A stretch of DNA of 20,782 nucleotides, taken from assembly GCA_965649825.1 (NCBI GenBank), contig OZ287701.1:1475759-1496540 (forward strand), written 5' to 3'. The notes beneath the pieces were generated by a model. It was not told the origin of the DNA. It did not search any database and was given only the letters and a program-made list of their open reading frames with translations. Shown in pieces: positions 8,240 to 17,769 of the stretch. The DNA is from Penicillus capitatus. Taxonomy: Eukaryota; Plantae; Chlorophyta. Both the position numbers and the translations under genes were made by a program. Every line of letters begins with the position of its first letter. The stretch's first letter is position 1.

Positions 8240-11200
8240 TCAAACGCGGAATCGTCTCCACCACCTCGGCTTTTGCGAACTTTTGGAACGGGATTGTGTC
8301 GGTTCGGATATTCCAGGTCCTTGTGTCGGTTCGGATATTCCAGGTCCTTGTGTCGGTTCGGATATTCCAGGTCCTTGTGTCGGTTCGGATATTCCAGGTC
8401 CTTGTGTCGGTTCGGGTATTCCAGGTTTATCCAAAAGCCCAGGAAATGTCTCCGTGAATTCTCGTGTCAACAAACAGACATATCGGTCAATATCACCCTG
8501 ATCCCATCTTCCAATTCTTTGCGAATGAGTCGTATGAAGAACCAAAAAAATCGTCTTGGATTTCGTTAAGGAATCCATTGTAAATGAGTTTCGCACGAAA
8601 AAGAGTGAAAGTCCACCCACAAAAGTTGGAAGAAATGATACTGAAGAAGGTATAACTTTCTCAGGTTTTATACTGTTGAATGCGGTTCTCGCACCATAGC
8701 GCACGTCTTCGTTTTCGTCGACGCACCCCGTCGCCAGCATCGGCAGAGCCTCGCCTGCATACTGCGGTGCCGTCGTGACCACGCGTCCGATGGTCTCCAT
8801 CGCTTTCTGACGCACGCCCGAGTCTTTGTCGGCGCACCCCTTCGCCAGCATCGGCAGAAACTCGCCGGCGTACTGCGCCGCCGCCGCGACGACGCGTCCG
8901 ATGGCTCCGATTGTGTCTCGACGCACGTCCGAGTCTTCGTCGACGCAACCCTTCGCCAGCATCGGCAGAGCCTCGCCTGCATACTGCGGTGCCGTCGTGA
9001 CCACGCGTCCGATGGTCTCCATCGCTTTCTTACGCACGCCCGAGTCTTCGTCGGCGCACTTTGTCATTAGCATCAGCAGAACATCGCCGGCGTGCTGGGG
9101 TGCCGCCGTGACGACGCGGCTGATGGCCTCGATCACATTTCGACGCACTCTCAAATTTTTTTCGATACGTTCCTTTGCCAGCATCGGCAGAACTTTGCTA
9201 GCTAGCGTTGGAGCCGCCGCGACGCTGCTGCCAATAACCTTGATCGCATTAGAACGCACGTCTGCGTTTTCGTCGACGCACTCCTTCGCCAGCATCGGCA
9301 GAACCTCGCTAGCTAGCGTTGGCGCCACCGCGACGCTGCTGCCAATAACCTTGATCGCATTAGAACGCACGTCTGCGTTTTCGTCGACGCACCCCTTCGC
9401 CAGCATCGGCAGAACCTCGCAGGCATACTGCGGTGCCGGCGTGACAACGCGTCCGATGGCTTCGATTGTGTCTCGACGCACGCCCGAGTCTTCGTGGCCA
9501 CACTTTGCCGTCAGCATCGGCAGAAGCTGACAGGTGTACTGCGGCGCCGCCGCGACGACGCGTCCGATGGTCTCCATCGCTTTCTTACGCACGCCCGAGT
9601 CTTCGTCGGCGCACCCCTTCGCCAGCATCGGCAGAACCTGGCCGGCATACTGCGGTGCCGTCGTGACCACGCGTCCGATGGCTTCGATTGTGTCTCGACG
9701 CACGCCCGAGTCTTCGTGGCCACACTTTGCCGTCAGCATCGGCAGAACCTGGCCGGCATACTGCGGTGCCGTCGTGACCACGCGTCCGATGGCTTCGATT
9801 GTGTCTCGACGCACGCCTGAGTATTCGGCGGCGCAGTTTTCCGTCAGCGTCGGCAAAACCTCTCTAGCTTGGTGTGGCGCCGCCTCGACAACGTCACAGA
9901 TGGCATCCATTGCCGCCGAACTCGCTAAGGCAAGGTCATGTTCGCCACACATCGCCAACAGTGTCGGCAGAACTTCGCCGGTGACTTGTTGTGGCGAGGC
10001 CCTGACGACATGGCAGATACCTTCTAACGCGTCTGAACGCACCCAAAGGTTTTCGTCGCCGTACCTTGCCGCAAGTGTCGGCAGATACTCGCCGGCGTGC
10101 TGCGGCGCCGCTTCTGCGACGAGGAGCCCGACAGCAGCAGTTGCGGTCTGACGCACGTTAGGGTCTTCGTCGCCACACTTTGCCGCCAGTGTAGGCAGAT
10201 ACTCGCAGGCGTGCTGCGGCGCCGATGTTGCGATGACGTGCCCGACTAGAGCGGTTGCCACCAGACGCACGTCCGAGTCTTCGTCGCCACATTTTGCCGC
10301 CAGTGTAGGCAGATACTCGCCAGCGTGCTGCGGCGCCGCCGCGACGACGTGCCCGACGAAAGTAATTGCGATCCGACGCACGTACGAGTCTTTGTGGCCA
10401 CATTTTGCCGCCATTGTCGACAGATACTCGCCGGCTTGCTGCGGTGCCGCCATGACGATGCATCCGATAGTCTCCATCACCGCCATACTCACGTCCGGGT
10501 TCTCGGTGCCGCACATCGACGCCAGTGTCGGCAGATACTCGCTGGCATGCTGCGGCGCCGCTGCAACGATTTTTCCGATCGCTCTACTCGCCGCCACGCG
10601 CACGCCCATTTCTTCGTCGTCGCATAACTTTGCTAACATCGGCAGAAAGTTGCCTGCGTGGTGCGGTGCCGCTGCAACGACGCATCCAATTGTATAAGTC
10701 GGCGCATATCGGACGCCGTAACAGTCGTTGTGGCCGTACAATCTCACGAGCGTCGGCAGAACTTCGTCGGCGAGCTGGGGCACCGCCGCAACAACGAGAG
10801 GGATGGTTTCTATCGCTGTCATACGCACATTTCGGTGTTTGTTGATGCACCACTCCGCCATCGTCGGCAGAAGCTCGCCTGCCTGTTGCGGCGTCCCCGC
10901 GACTATGCGTTTGATGGTCTTTATCGCCGCTTCACGGACGTCTGCGCGTTCGTCTGGGCACCATATCGCCAATGTTGGTAGAATCTTGGAAGCATTTTGC
11001 GCCGTTACTGCGATGACGCGGTCGATGCCTTCCATCGCCGCTTGACGGACGTCTCTGTCTTCGTTACCGCACGACATCGCCAGCATCGGTAGAACCTGGC
11101 CAGCGTGCTGGGGCATTAGTTCCCCCATCAAGCTCAACTTTCTGATGCACTCTTCCAGATTTCGCTGACCTTTAGGTTCTTCTGATAGTTGCAATACGAA

Positions 11201-13420
11201 TTGAATTATTACGTAACTCTGCTTTGGAGAGTGCTTCGCGATTTTTAGAACATCTTTTATTTTTTCCATCTCCGCCCATGTCAATTTCTCTGGGTATGCG
11301 AGCGAGTTCTTCACTCCATCAACAACGTCATCGAGAACTTCAGGAAAGCCTTCGAAAATGCGATAAAACTGCTGAAACTTCTCGATTACGATTTCGCGAA
11401 TGAGAATATGATCAATTGTGTGCTCAAGGAGTCGCCGAGCACATTTGACAAGTTCAATTGCTTCTTCGTCGTTCAGCAGATGTTCAAAATCGTCCTTATC
11501 TGCTTCTTCCAAGGTTGCTTCGAGAACGTGCATTCTCAACAAATGGTGCTGTATCCCAAGAACCTCAACAGGTTCTTCGTCGATATTCGATAACATCTCT
11601 TGCAATGCCAATTTGCTTCGGGCTTGGGCAAATGCGTGCATTGTGAAAGAAAGCGTCAAAGTATGTTTCTGATCATATTTGCCTTCACGGATGAAATCAA
11701 GTACTCTAATTCCCGCATCTGATCTTTTGTTTTGCAAGTTTTTTGCAATGTATCTGCCCGCGAAGTACTCCTGAAACGTCAAATGAGGGAATTGATACTC
11801 TTGGCCTTCCAACGCGAGCAAAAGAAATCCGCTTTCCTTGAATAACTTCGATGCGTTTGTAGATGTTGCACAATGCTCAACGATTCTTTGTTCGATGAGT
11901 ATTTGTCCATTTTTAAGAGCCTCGAAAGCGATCTTCTCCAGATCTCCGAGAACTACAGTCTTGTTCACGGTTCTTGCTTTCGCTTCGAACTGTACTTCGA
12001 ATCTTTTCCACACAAAATCTGTCATGTCGTCGTAGATCTGAAACATACTCTTTCTTTTCCTTTGGTCTTCAGTAGAGGTTCCATGGTTCTTCGACAAAGA
12101 GCAGAGAATGTGTGCCGTTACCGGGGTGTGTGCGGTTTCCCACATAACCCGATCTTGTTGCAAAGAAAAAATGAATCTCGAAGCTTCGTCTTCTTGGAGT
12201 TTTTTGTTTATGTAGTTCTCGAGCTGGCGGTCATCGAATCCCAAGCATTCGAACTCACAATCTACCCTGGTTCGTATACCTCGCAGATTGTATGGTCTTG
12301 TGAGAATTAGAAGTTTGCATTCGCCCTTCTCCGCCTCGGAAAGGAGATCTCTGGCATCTTCATTAGCTTCGTCCAATCCGTCGAAAATTAGCAATGTGCT
12401 AGACAAATGGAGATCGTCATCGACTTGAACCTTCAACTTTTCAAATTCGGTATGGCTTTCTTTTCGTTTGAAACATATCTGCGCAACCATTGCTGCAAGC
12501 GTTTCGGTTTTTGCGGCATTTAAACGTCTAATCGGAACCACGTAAATGGCTTCGAACTCCTGCAAAATCTCTCCGAGTGCCCATTTGTGTGCGATGGCTT
12601 TGCTGATGCACGTCTTTCCAGAGCCGGGATTTCCATACAGAAGCACTCTTCGGATTTCGCGCTCGTCGACACCAGCAGCGAACGATCTCGGTTGAAACAA
12701 GTCTGCGATCGGAATGGCCCTTGCAACTTTTCTCTTTTGTTCAGAGTATTCTCTTAGATCATCTCTTTCTTGGATTGTGGAACCTTCCGCTTCTGTTTCA
12801 TTTCCGTCTACTTCTTTACGCTGTTCTCCTCTTCTTCCAACTGTTCTTTGTTCATAAGTTTGTTCGTAGATGACAACATGGTGTTCCATATCTTTCACGC
12901 ATTCAAGGACGTTTGGTTCAAACAAGGAAGGCACCTTCACGTATGAACACAATTCTCGTTCACGGAGGAACGATATCGGCGAATCGCTTACTGTTGCAAA
13001 ATCTTCATGTTTGTATTTATCTCTAAGATCCTTTAGGTTAGAGCGAATTGTGGTTAATGGAACATATCCGACCTCTTGGCTGCTGATGACAAACACGTCG
13101 TCGCTATCTTTTTTTATGGCTTGACACTGCTGTGGCTCCTGTATCTTGTTTTCCGAAAGAGCACTTCCTAGCCACGCAGCAAGCGTTGTTTTGGCATGAC
13201 CCTTGCAAGATTGTTGCATCTTTCGGATGGATTCTTCCATTTCTTGTTTATATTCGCCCATTGAACTGATATCCCGCGCGGCATCCAGAAAAGCATTAAG
13301 AAGATCTCTATCACTAAGCCACCCTCCGGAAAAAGTTCGCTTTGTCGTCAAGTCTCTCAAATACTTGATCGCCTCTTTGCGTACACCTTGGTAAGATCCT
13401 TGAATAGCCAGTAGCCTCAT
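8240..13420 (-). CDS. NLR-like STAND protein: NACHT NTPase + 22 HEAT-like repeats + C-terminal 9-aa repeat tail (main frame; probably the 3' part of a single gene spanning 8240-14501)
   Basis: 1726-aa ORF. Walker A GNPGSGKT (12611-12634), Walker B LLIFDGLDE (12368-12394), sensor-1-like ILTRP, winged-helix motif FPHLTFQEYFAG (~11757-11792), then 37-aa repeats with the HEAT-like D-E-D-x-x-V-R...A...IG signature. The frame is open upstream of the ATG (..RQKKRDRKALRYGIIQEMRLL) back to ~13484. Confidence 0.92.
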   Translation of the reverse strand: MRLLAIQGSYQGVRKEAIKYLRDLTTKRTFSGGWLSDRDLLNAFLDAARDISSMGEYKQEMEESIRKMQQSCKGHAKTTLAAWLGSALSENKIQEPQQCQAIKKDSDDVFVISSQEVGYVPLTTIRSNLKDLRDKYKHEDFATVSDSPISFLRERELCSYVKVPSLFEPNVLECVKDMEHHVVIYEQTYEQRTVGRRGEQRKEVDGNETEAEGSTIQERDDLREYSEQKRKVARAIPIADLFQPRSFAAGVDEREIRRVLLYGNPGSGKTCISKAIAHKWALGEILQEFEAIYVVPIRRLNAAKTETLAAMVAQICFKRKESHTEFEKLKVQVDDDLHLSSTLLIFDGLDEANEDARDLLSEAEKGECKLLILTRPYNLRGIRTRVDCEFECLGFDDRQLENYINKKLQEDEASRFIFSLQQDRVMWETAHTPVTAHILCSLSKNHGTSTEDQRKRKSMFQIYDDMTDFVWKRFEVQFEAKARTVNKTVVLGDLEKIAFEALKNGQILIEQRIVEHCATSTNASKLFKESGFLLLALEGQEYQFPHLTFQEYFAGRYIAKNLQNKRSDAGIRVLDFIREGKYDQKHTLTLSFTMHAFAQARSKLALQEMLSNIDEEPVEVLGIQHHLLRMHVLEATLEEADKDDFEHLLNDEEAIELVKCARRLLEHTIDHILIREIVIEKFQQFYRIFEGFPEVLDDVVDGVKNSLAYPEKLTWAEMEKIKDVLKIAKHSPKQSYVIIQFVLQLSEEPKGQRNLEECIRKLSLMGELMPQHAGQVLPMLAMSCGNEDRDVRQAAMEGIDRVIAVTAQNASKILPTLAIWCPDERADVREAAIKTIKRIVAGTPQQAGELLPTMAEWCINKHRNVRMTAIETIPLVVAAVPQLADEVLPTLVRLYGHNDCYGVRYAPTYTIGCVVAAAPHHAGNFLPMLAKLCDDEEMGVRVAASRAIGKIVAAAPQHASEYLPTLASMCGTENPDVSMAVMETIGCIVMAAPQQAGEYLSTMAAKCGHKDSYVRRIAITFVGHVVAAAPQHAGEYLPTLAAKCGDEDSDVRLVATALVGHVIATSAPQHACEYLPTLAAKCGDEDPNVRQTATAAVGLLVAEAAPQHAGEYLPTLAARYGDENLWVRSDALEGICHVVRASPQQVTGEVLPTLLAMCGEHDLALASSAAMDAICDVVEAAPHQAREVLPTLTENCAAEYSGVRRDTIEAIGRVVTTAPQYAGQVLPMLTAKCGHEDSGVRRDTIEAIGRVVTTAPQYAGQVLPMLAKGCADEDSGVRKKAMETIGRVVAAAPQYTCQLLPMLTAKCGHEDSGVRRDTIEAIGRVVTPAPQYACEVLPMLAKGCVDENADVRSNAIKVIGSSVAVAPTLASEVLPMLAKECVDENADVRSNAIKVIGSSVAAAPTLASKVLPMLAKERIEKNLRVRRNVIEAISRVVTAAPQHAGDVLLMLMTKCADEDSGVRKKAMETIGRVVTTAPQYAGEALPMLAKGCVDEDSDVRRDTIGAIGRVVAAAAQYAGEFLPMLAKGCADKDSGVRQKAMETIGRVVTTAPQYAGEALPMLATGCVDENEDVRYGARTAFNSIKPEKVIPSSVSFLPTFVGGLSLFFVRNSFTMDSLTKSKTIFLVLHTTHSQRIGRWDQGDIDRYVCLLTREFTETFPGLLDKPGIPEPTQGPGISEPTQGPGISEPTQGPGISEPTQGPGISEPTQSRSKSSQKPRWWRRFRV
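8294..8428 (-). repeat. Coding VNTR, 5 x 27 bp (PGISEPTQG)
   Basis: ttgtgtcggttcggatattccaggtcc starting at 8294, 8321, 8348 and 8375, plus a variant copy at 8402; in frame near the C-terminus of the NACHT-HEAT ORF. Confidence 0.95.
8669..11113 (-). repeat. Array of 22 HEAT-like repeats (111 bp / 37 aa, a few of 38-39 aa)
   Basis: Consensus PQxAGEVLPMLAKxCxDEDSxVRxxAxxxIGRVVxAA, counted by eye from PQHAGQVL (11113) to ARTAFNSI (8669). Distal repeats are near-identical in DNA: 9623-9706 equals 9734-9817 (84 bp, offset 111) and 8731-8808 equals 8953-9030 (78 bp, offset 222). Confidence 0.93.
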
Positions 13421-14501
13421 TTCCTGGATGATCCCATATCTCAGAGCCTTTCGATCTCTTTTTTTTTGTCTCGCGTTCTTTTTTCATAACTACGTCGTAT
13501 GCATTCGCAAGGCTTCCGATTTCTGTCTCGCTCTTAAGGACTTGATGCCTTTTTATCATCAAATCCCGAAGTGAATCGTACCACTCTCTCTTTATCACTC
13601 CCATATTATCGACAGCAGCGCGACCTCTTTCAATTGCTCTTAAAACGGGTGTACATTCGATATCCCCCGCGACCAGTCTTCTGAAAAAGTGAAAGATATC
13701 CAAGAAACCACACAACCCACAACTGAGACATAACTTTGCCTGTGCGAGATGCGGAGAAACGGCTTCAAGATTGAGATTGAGACGTTCTACTGCTTGACGA
13801 AGCGTTGTGAAATGTAAACGCACAGGATAGTACTTGCACGAAAGCTCTAGCATTCTTTCCTTCTCCGCAATTTCTCTGCGAAGTTCATGCTTTTCTTTTT
13901 CGTAGATATCTTTCTGGTTATGGAGTGCGAATATGGTTTGGTGAAGCGCAAGAAACAAAGCTTCGTAATCTGAAAAATTCTCCTGTCTGAGCGTGGGTAT
14001 TGCAGAGAAGCCGTTCAAAAGCACCTTAGCCACCTCTAGCAGTTCCGAGACGCTTTGATAAGCGGACGGATCGATGTGCACAAGTGCTCTGTGGAGGGCA
14101 TCGGCGCAGTTTGGTTCAAGAAACGCTCCTCCACAAAAAAAAGAACAGAGCTTGCGGACCACATTCCTCAGAACTTCTTTATCTTGTATCGAACGTGGAT
14201 GGATCCTGGCCAATTCTGAATAACCAAGAGCAGATTCGGTGTCCAGACATGCTTCGCTGCGTTTGCTATAGCTGCACAACCATCCGAATAGAACAGCTCG
14301 TTCGTCTTTGTCCGTTGTCGCGTTGTATGCCACTACCAACGACGTGATGCTGTCGATGTTGTGCTTTTTTGCGAGAGAACGCAAAAGTTTGTCGTCGTCG
14401 CTTTTACCAATGCCTGACAATTCACTAGTGGGTCCACTACCAGTTCTCGGTGCGGATAAACTTCCACTACTGGGTCCTTCGTCCGGAGCTCGAGTTTGCA
14501 T
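13314..14501 (-). CDS. N-terminal helical portion of the NACHT-HEAT gene (frameshifted 5' part); domain of unknown function
   Basis: 395-aa ORF directly upstream of, and overlapping, the 1726-aa ORF on the same strand. Removing one A from the A9 run (T9 at 13459-13467) fuses them as ...KKERETKKRDRKALRYGIIQEMRLL..., giving a 2086-aa protein. Composition is helical and protein-like up to aa ~345. Confidence 0.75.
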   Translation of the reverse strand: MQTRAPDEGPSSGSLSAPRTGSGPTSELSGIGKSDDDKLLRSLAKKHNIDSITSLVVAYNATTDKDERAVLFGWLCSYSKRSEACLDTESALGYSELARIHPRSIQDKEVLRNVVRKLCSFFCGGAFLEPNCADALHRALVHIDPSAYQSVSELLEVAKVLLNGFSAIPTLRQENFSDYEALFLALHQTIFALHNQKDIYEKEKHELRREIAEKERMLELSCKYYPVRLHFTTLRQAVERLNLNLEAVSPHLAQAKLCLSCGLCGFLDIFHFFRRLVAGDIECTPVLRAIERGRAAVDNMGVIKREWYDSLRDLMIKRHQVLKSETEIGSLANAYDVVMKKERETKKKRSKGSEIWDHPGNEATGYSRILPRCTQRGDQVFERLDDKANFFRRVA

Positions 14502-17500
14502 TTTCGGCCGCAGGCTGCACGATATAACCTTTTCAGCGGCAGTGTCGCGTAACGCGTAAACTTATCAGCAGTCGCCAAGTTCGCAGCAGAGTTCTCAATT
14601 CAGATGATGAATGTAACGAACTCGTTGGCTCTGAAGTGCCATGATGGTTTTTGATTTGACACGTCCCTTCAGAAGTGACGGTGTCAATGTTGTCATGCAG
14701 CGATCCACACAAAGCGAGAGAGTCTGTTTGAAGAATTCCATCACGCTCTTTGCCGACAGTCAATTTAGCTTTCGTAAAACAATCCTGCGTATCAGGCAGG
14801 AAAAGCGACAAGCATCTGATTCAGTGACGAATCTTACTGCATTTATGGCATCGAGGCGGAAATCAAGCGATACTTTGTGTACTCTCGTAAGAGACATTGC
14901 GATCTTCTGGATTTAAGTAAAGAACGCTATTCTGCGTAGCTTAACAATAGACACAGCTGTAAATATAAAATATATCCTCATCACAGCTCTGGACGATGGC
15001 ATATCGATGCTTCGCAGTTTGGTGTTAAGGTCTTTCTAAGTACGTCGACCACACGAGTGAGTGACACGGTCATGAATAGAAAACGCTATCATCTGAATCG
15101 TCCAATCTTGCTGTTTTAGTGAATCTTTAATGCGGCAGCGAATGCATCCAACATCAACTGAATGCCATTCACTGTAATCAAAATGGCACTGGAACAGGTA
15201 GCAATCTGTTGAAAAATCCTGGGATATTCCTTCGTTGAATTTAGCCAATCATACTAACTGCATTGCCTTTAGAACAGCATTGCAGAATTGGCACACGGCA
15301 AAAAGATCATCACGATGTTGAGTGTGCTTTTGCCAGATCAACTACATCAGCACCGTTTGATTTGTTTTAGGTGTGGAAGACCTGATAAACTCTTTCCGTA
15401 CTCAGATACTCTACCCTGAATAACATCCACCTGAGGCAACAGCAACAGAAATCCTCGTTCGGGTTTCAGGAGATTATTTGACTTCTGGACCGAGGGGTGA
15501 AAGTGGGAGCATTGATCGAGAAGGAAGTATAAATATTCGTAGTCAACAACAGACACGTTTAGTCGTCAGACCGGGGAGCATTGCGACGACCGGAAGGAAA
15601 AGAACGAAGATGACGTTCTTCGTCAACAGGAAGAAGAGATTACTAGAATCGACAGAAAAGACGTTTTAATTCGAAAGTAAAGAGGATAAGGTGTAGGATC
15701 CTGCAGCGCGGCCGGAAAAGCACACACTTATGTCATCAGATAGTTCTTCCCGAAGCATAAGTATTCCTATGACGATCGAGAAATCGACTGTCTGGAATTC
15801 GAGGTAACAGTGCTGCTAACGAAGCCGATGCTCATGTAGGGGATTCGGCCGAAAAAACACGATTAATGTATCCAGAAATCGCAAACGCTAGAAGAAACTC
15901 TCTCGGAGGAATTGGATCACACGTGAGAATGGAGAGCCATGGAAAAAGGAACAGGGATTCCGTTGTGAACGGCTCCAAGCTCATATCCGGCCGGACGAAC
16001 AGCTGTACCGTAGAGAGCAGGAGTTGATAAAAAAGCTCGTTAGCGAGACTCCTAGGAAAAAGACAGATGTGATAGAAGTAAAAGAAGAACAGCTCTCAAC
16101 GGCATTTGTCCAGAAACAGACATTGCCTTCGAATCGTATCCATTTGCATGCGTTACGCCTCGCGGTTCAAAAAAGTGATAGCAGAGGGGCAGACACATGA
16201 AGAACACTTGTGTCAAATATGTGGATGCTATGGGCCTCGCTGTTTTCCTAAAAAGTCTCTCTTTAATTCTTGTCGGGTCGATTATCGTCAGCATTTCTGG
16301 AAGTGTATAAATAGTAATCAAATCGAACCACTTTTGAAATTTGTTGATCGAAAGTGACTGCACGAGATGCTGTCCATGTGGCGCTTTCTGATGCAGTACT
16401 TGTTAGCTCCCAGAAAACAGATCCACTTTTGGTTCAGGTCAACGACCGTGGTCTTTCACGAAAACGTTGTTCGGTTCTTTGGCCCACGGCTCAAAAAGCG
16501 CCTTCGCGATTGCTTGAGGAGTACATGCCTTGTCAGTTTTCTTTTGTCAATTGGTTGGAGGTATGCACACGGACTCTGTGCCAGCATTGCGTATAGTCAA
16601 ACTGAGCACATTTGCTGTTAAGCACTGTCTGAAGCGGCCATGATGGTACCTTCGACAGGAAGGACCGTTACATTCTTCGAACTGAAAGGTCCATCCGAGC
16701 TGCGTTAAACGCGTATCCTTTCATGGCTCTTCACCTTTTGGAGGTCGTCGCACAGCAAACCGGACAAGTGCAGGTTGTTTCTTGACATCTTCGTCCTTTT
16801 CTGGCATCTGAGTATTGGAGAAAATTCCAAAATGTCTTTCACCGTTCCTAACGAAATTGCATCTGTCAAAAAAGCGACTCGGCGACACTGCTGAACAACA
16901 GGGCCTTGTTGAGTTTCTGTCATGAGGAAATGTCTGCTTTATTTTGCTTTAAAAACAAACATTTGTGATTAAATGACTCACTGCACGCAGTAGTCCCCTT
17001 CTACAAGGCAAAAATCTCAATATGTTTTCCAATTGATGTATATCACACCTTTGGAGTGAAGATAGTGAACGAAATGGTGCAAAAACAACTCCACCATGAC
17101 GAAGAAAGCAGTCTACAAAGGATTCAGTGATGGAAGAGACACATATAAAGTGGCGACCTTGTGGAAAAGGTTGTGAGCGAGATGAAAATTCTGTTTGACT
17201 CCCTGATTTTGTCTGCTGCACGTCGCATCTGATTCCAGCGCAAACTGTGTTTTCCAAGCTTGTAATTTGTTCGGATGAAGATCGTCTTCGTTTATCATGG
17301 GCTCTCCAAAGCGGACAGATCTTTTGACACGGCGCACAGAATCCGACCGTTGAGGACAGCGTATTCTTATCAATTTGCTTAGAATTTGAGCTCAAGTTGG
17401 CTTCCATTCTTTGCGCGATTGACCACTTGCTGTGCGCGATCCCACTAGCGCCGTCCGTGTTATCCAAGATAGATACTAAGTATGAACTCACAAACGAAAG

Positions 17501-17769
17501 GAATGGAGAACCTTGTGTAACGGCCGGTCACAAATCGTTCCATTTCTTGGAAAGAACACACAGTCATCTGCTTCGCGATATCCGAATGAGTGTGTGTCAA
17601 CTAGGTAAACGCCATAGCTTGACGTCTCTTCCACTTTTACCCTATACTGTCAAGACGAATTAAACAGATAAAGGAACGAGAGAGATGTTACCTGGGAACT
17701 GTTGAGTACTTTGCTACGGAACGCATGTTTTCAACGGTAAGTAGTAGCTGATGGCTTCAGCCTGGTCGT

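Noticed and set aside
8138-10981. Many antisense and alternate-frame ORFs (up to 234 aa)
   Set aside because: Shadows of the GC-rich 111-bp and 27-bp in-frame repeats of the real minus-strand gene.
16106-16357. Zinc knuckle in CQICGCYGPRC
   Set aside because: Does not fit CX2CX4HX4C (no His), and there is no gag-like context.
16949-17500. RNase H domain downstream of the LINE RT (TDGAS, LEL, SDS, WRAH fragments)
   Set aside because: Fragments lie in different frames and the D-to-E spacing (~21 aa) is too short; not supportable by eye.
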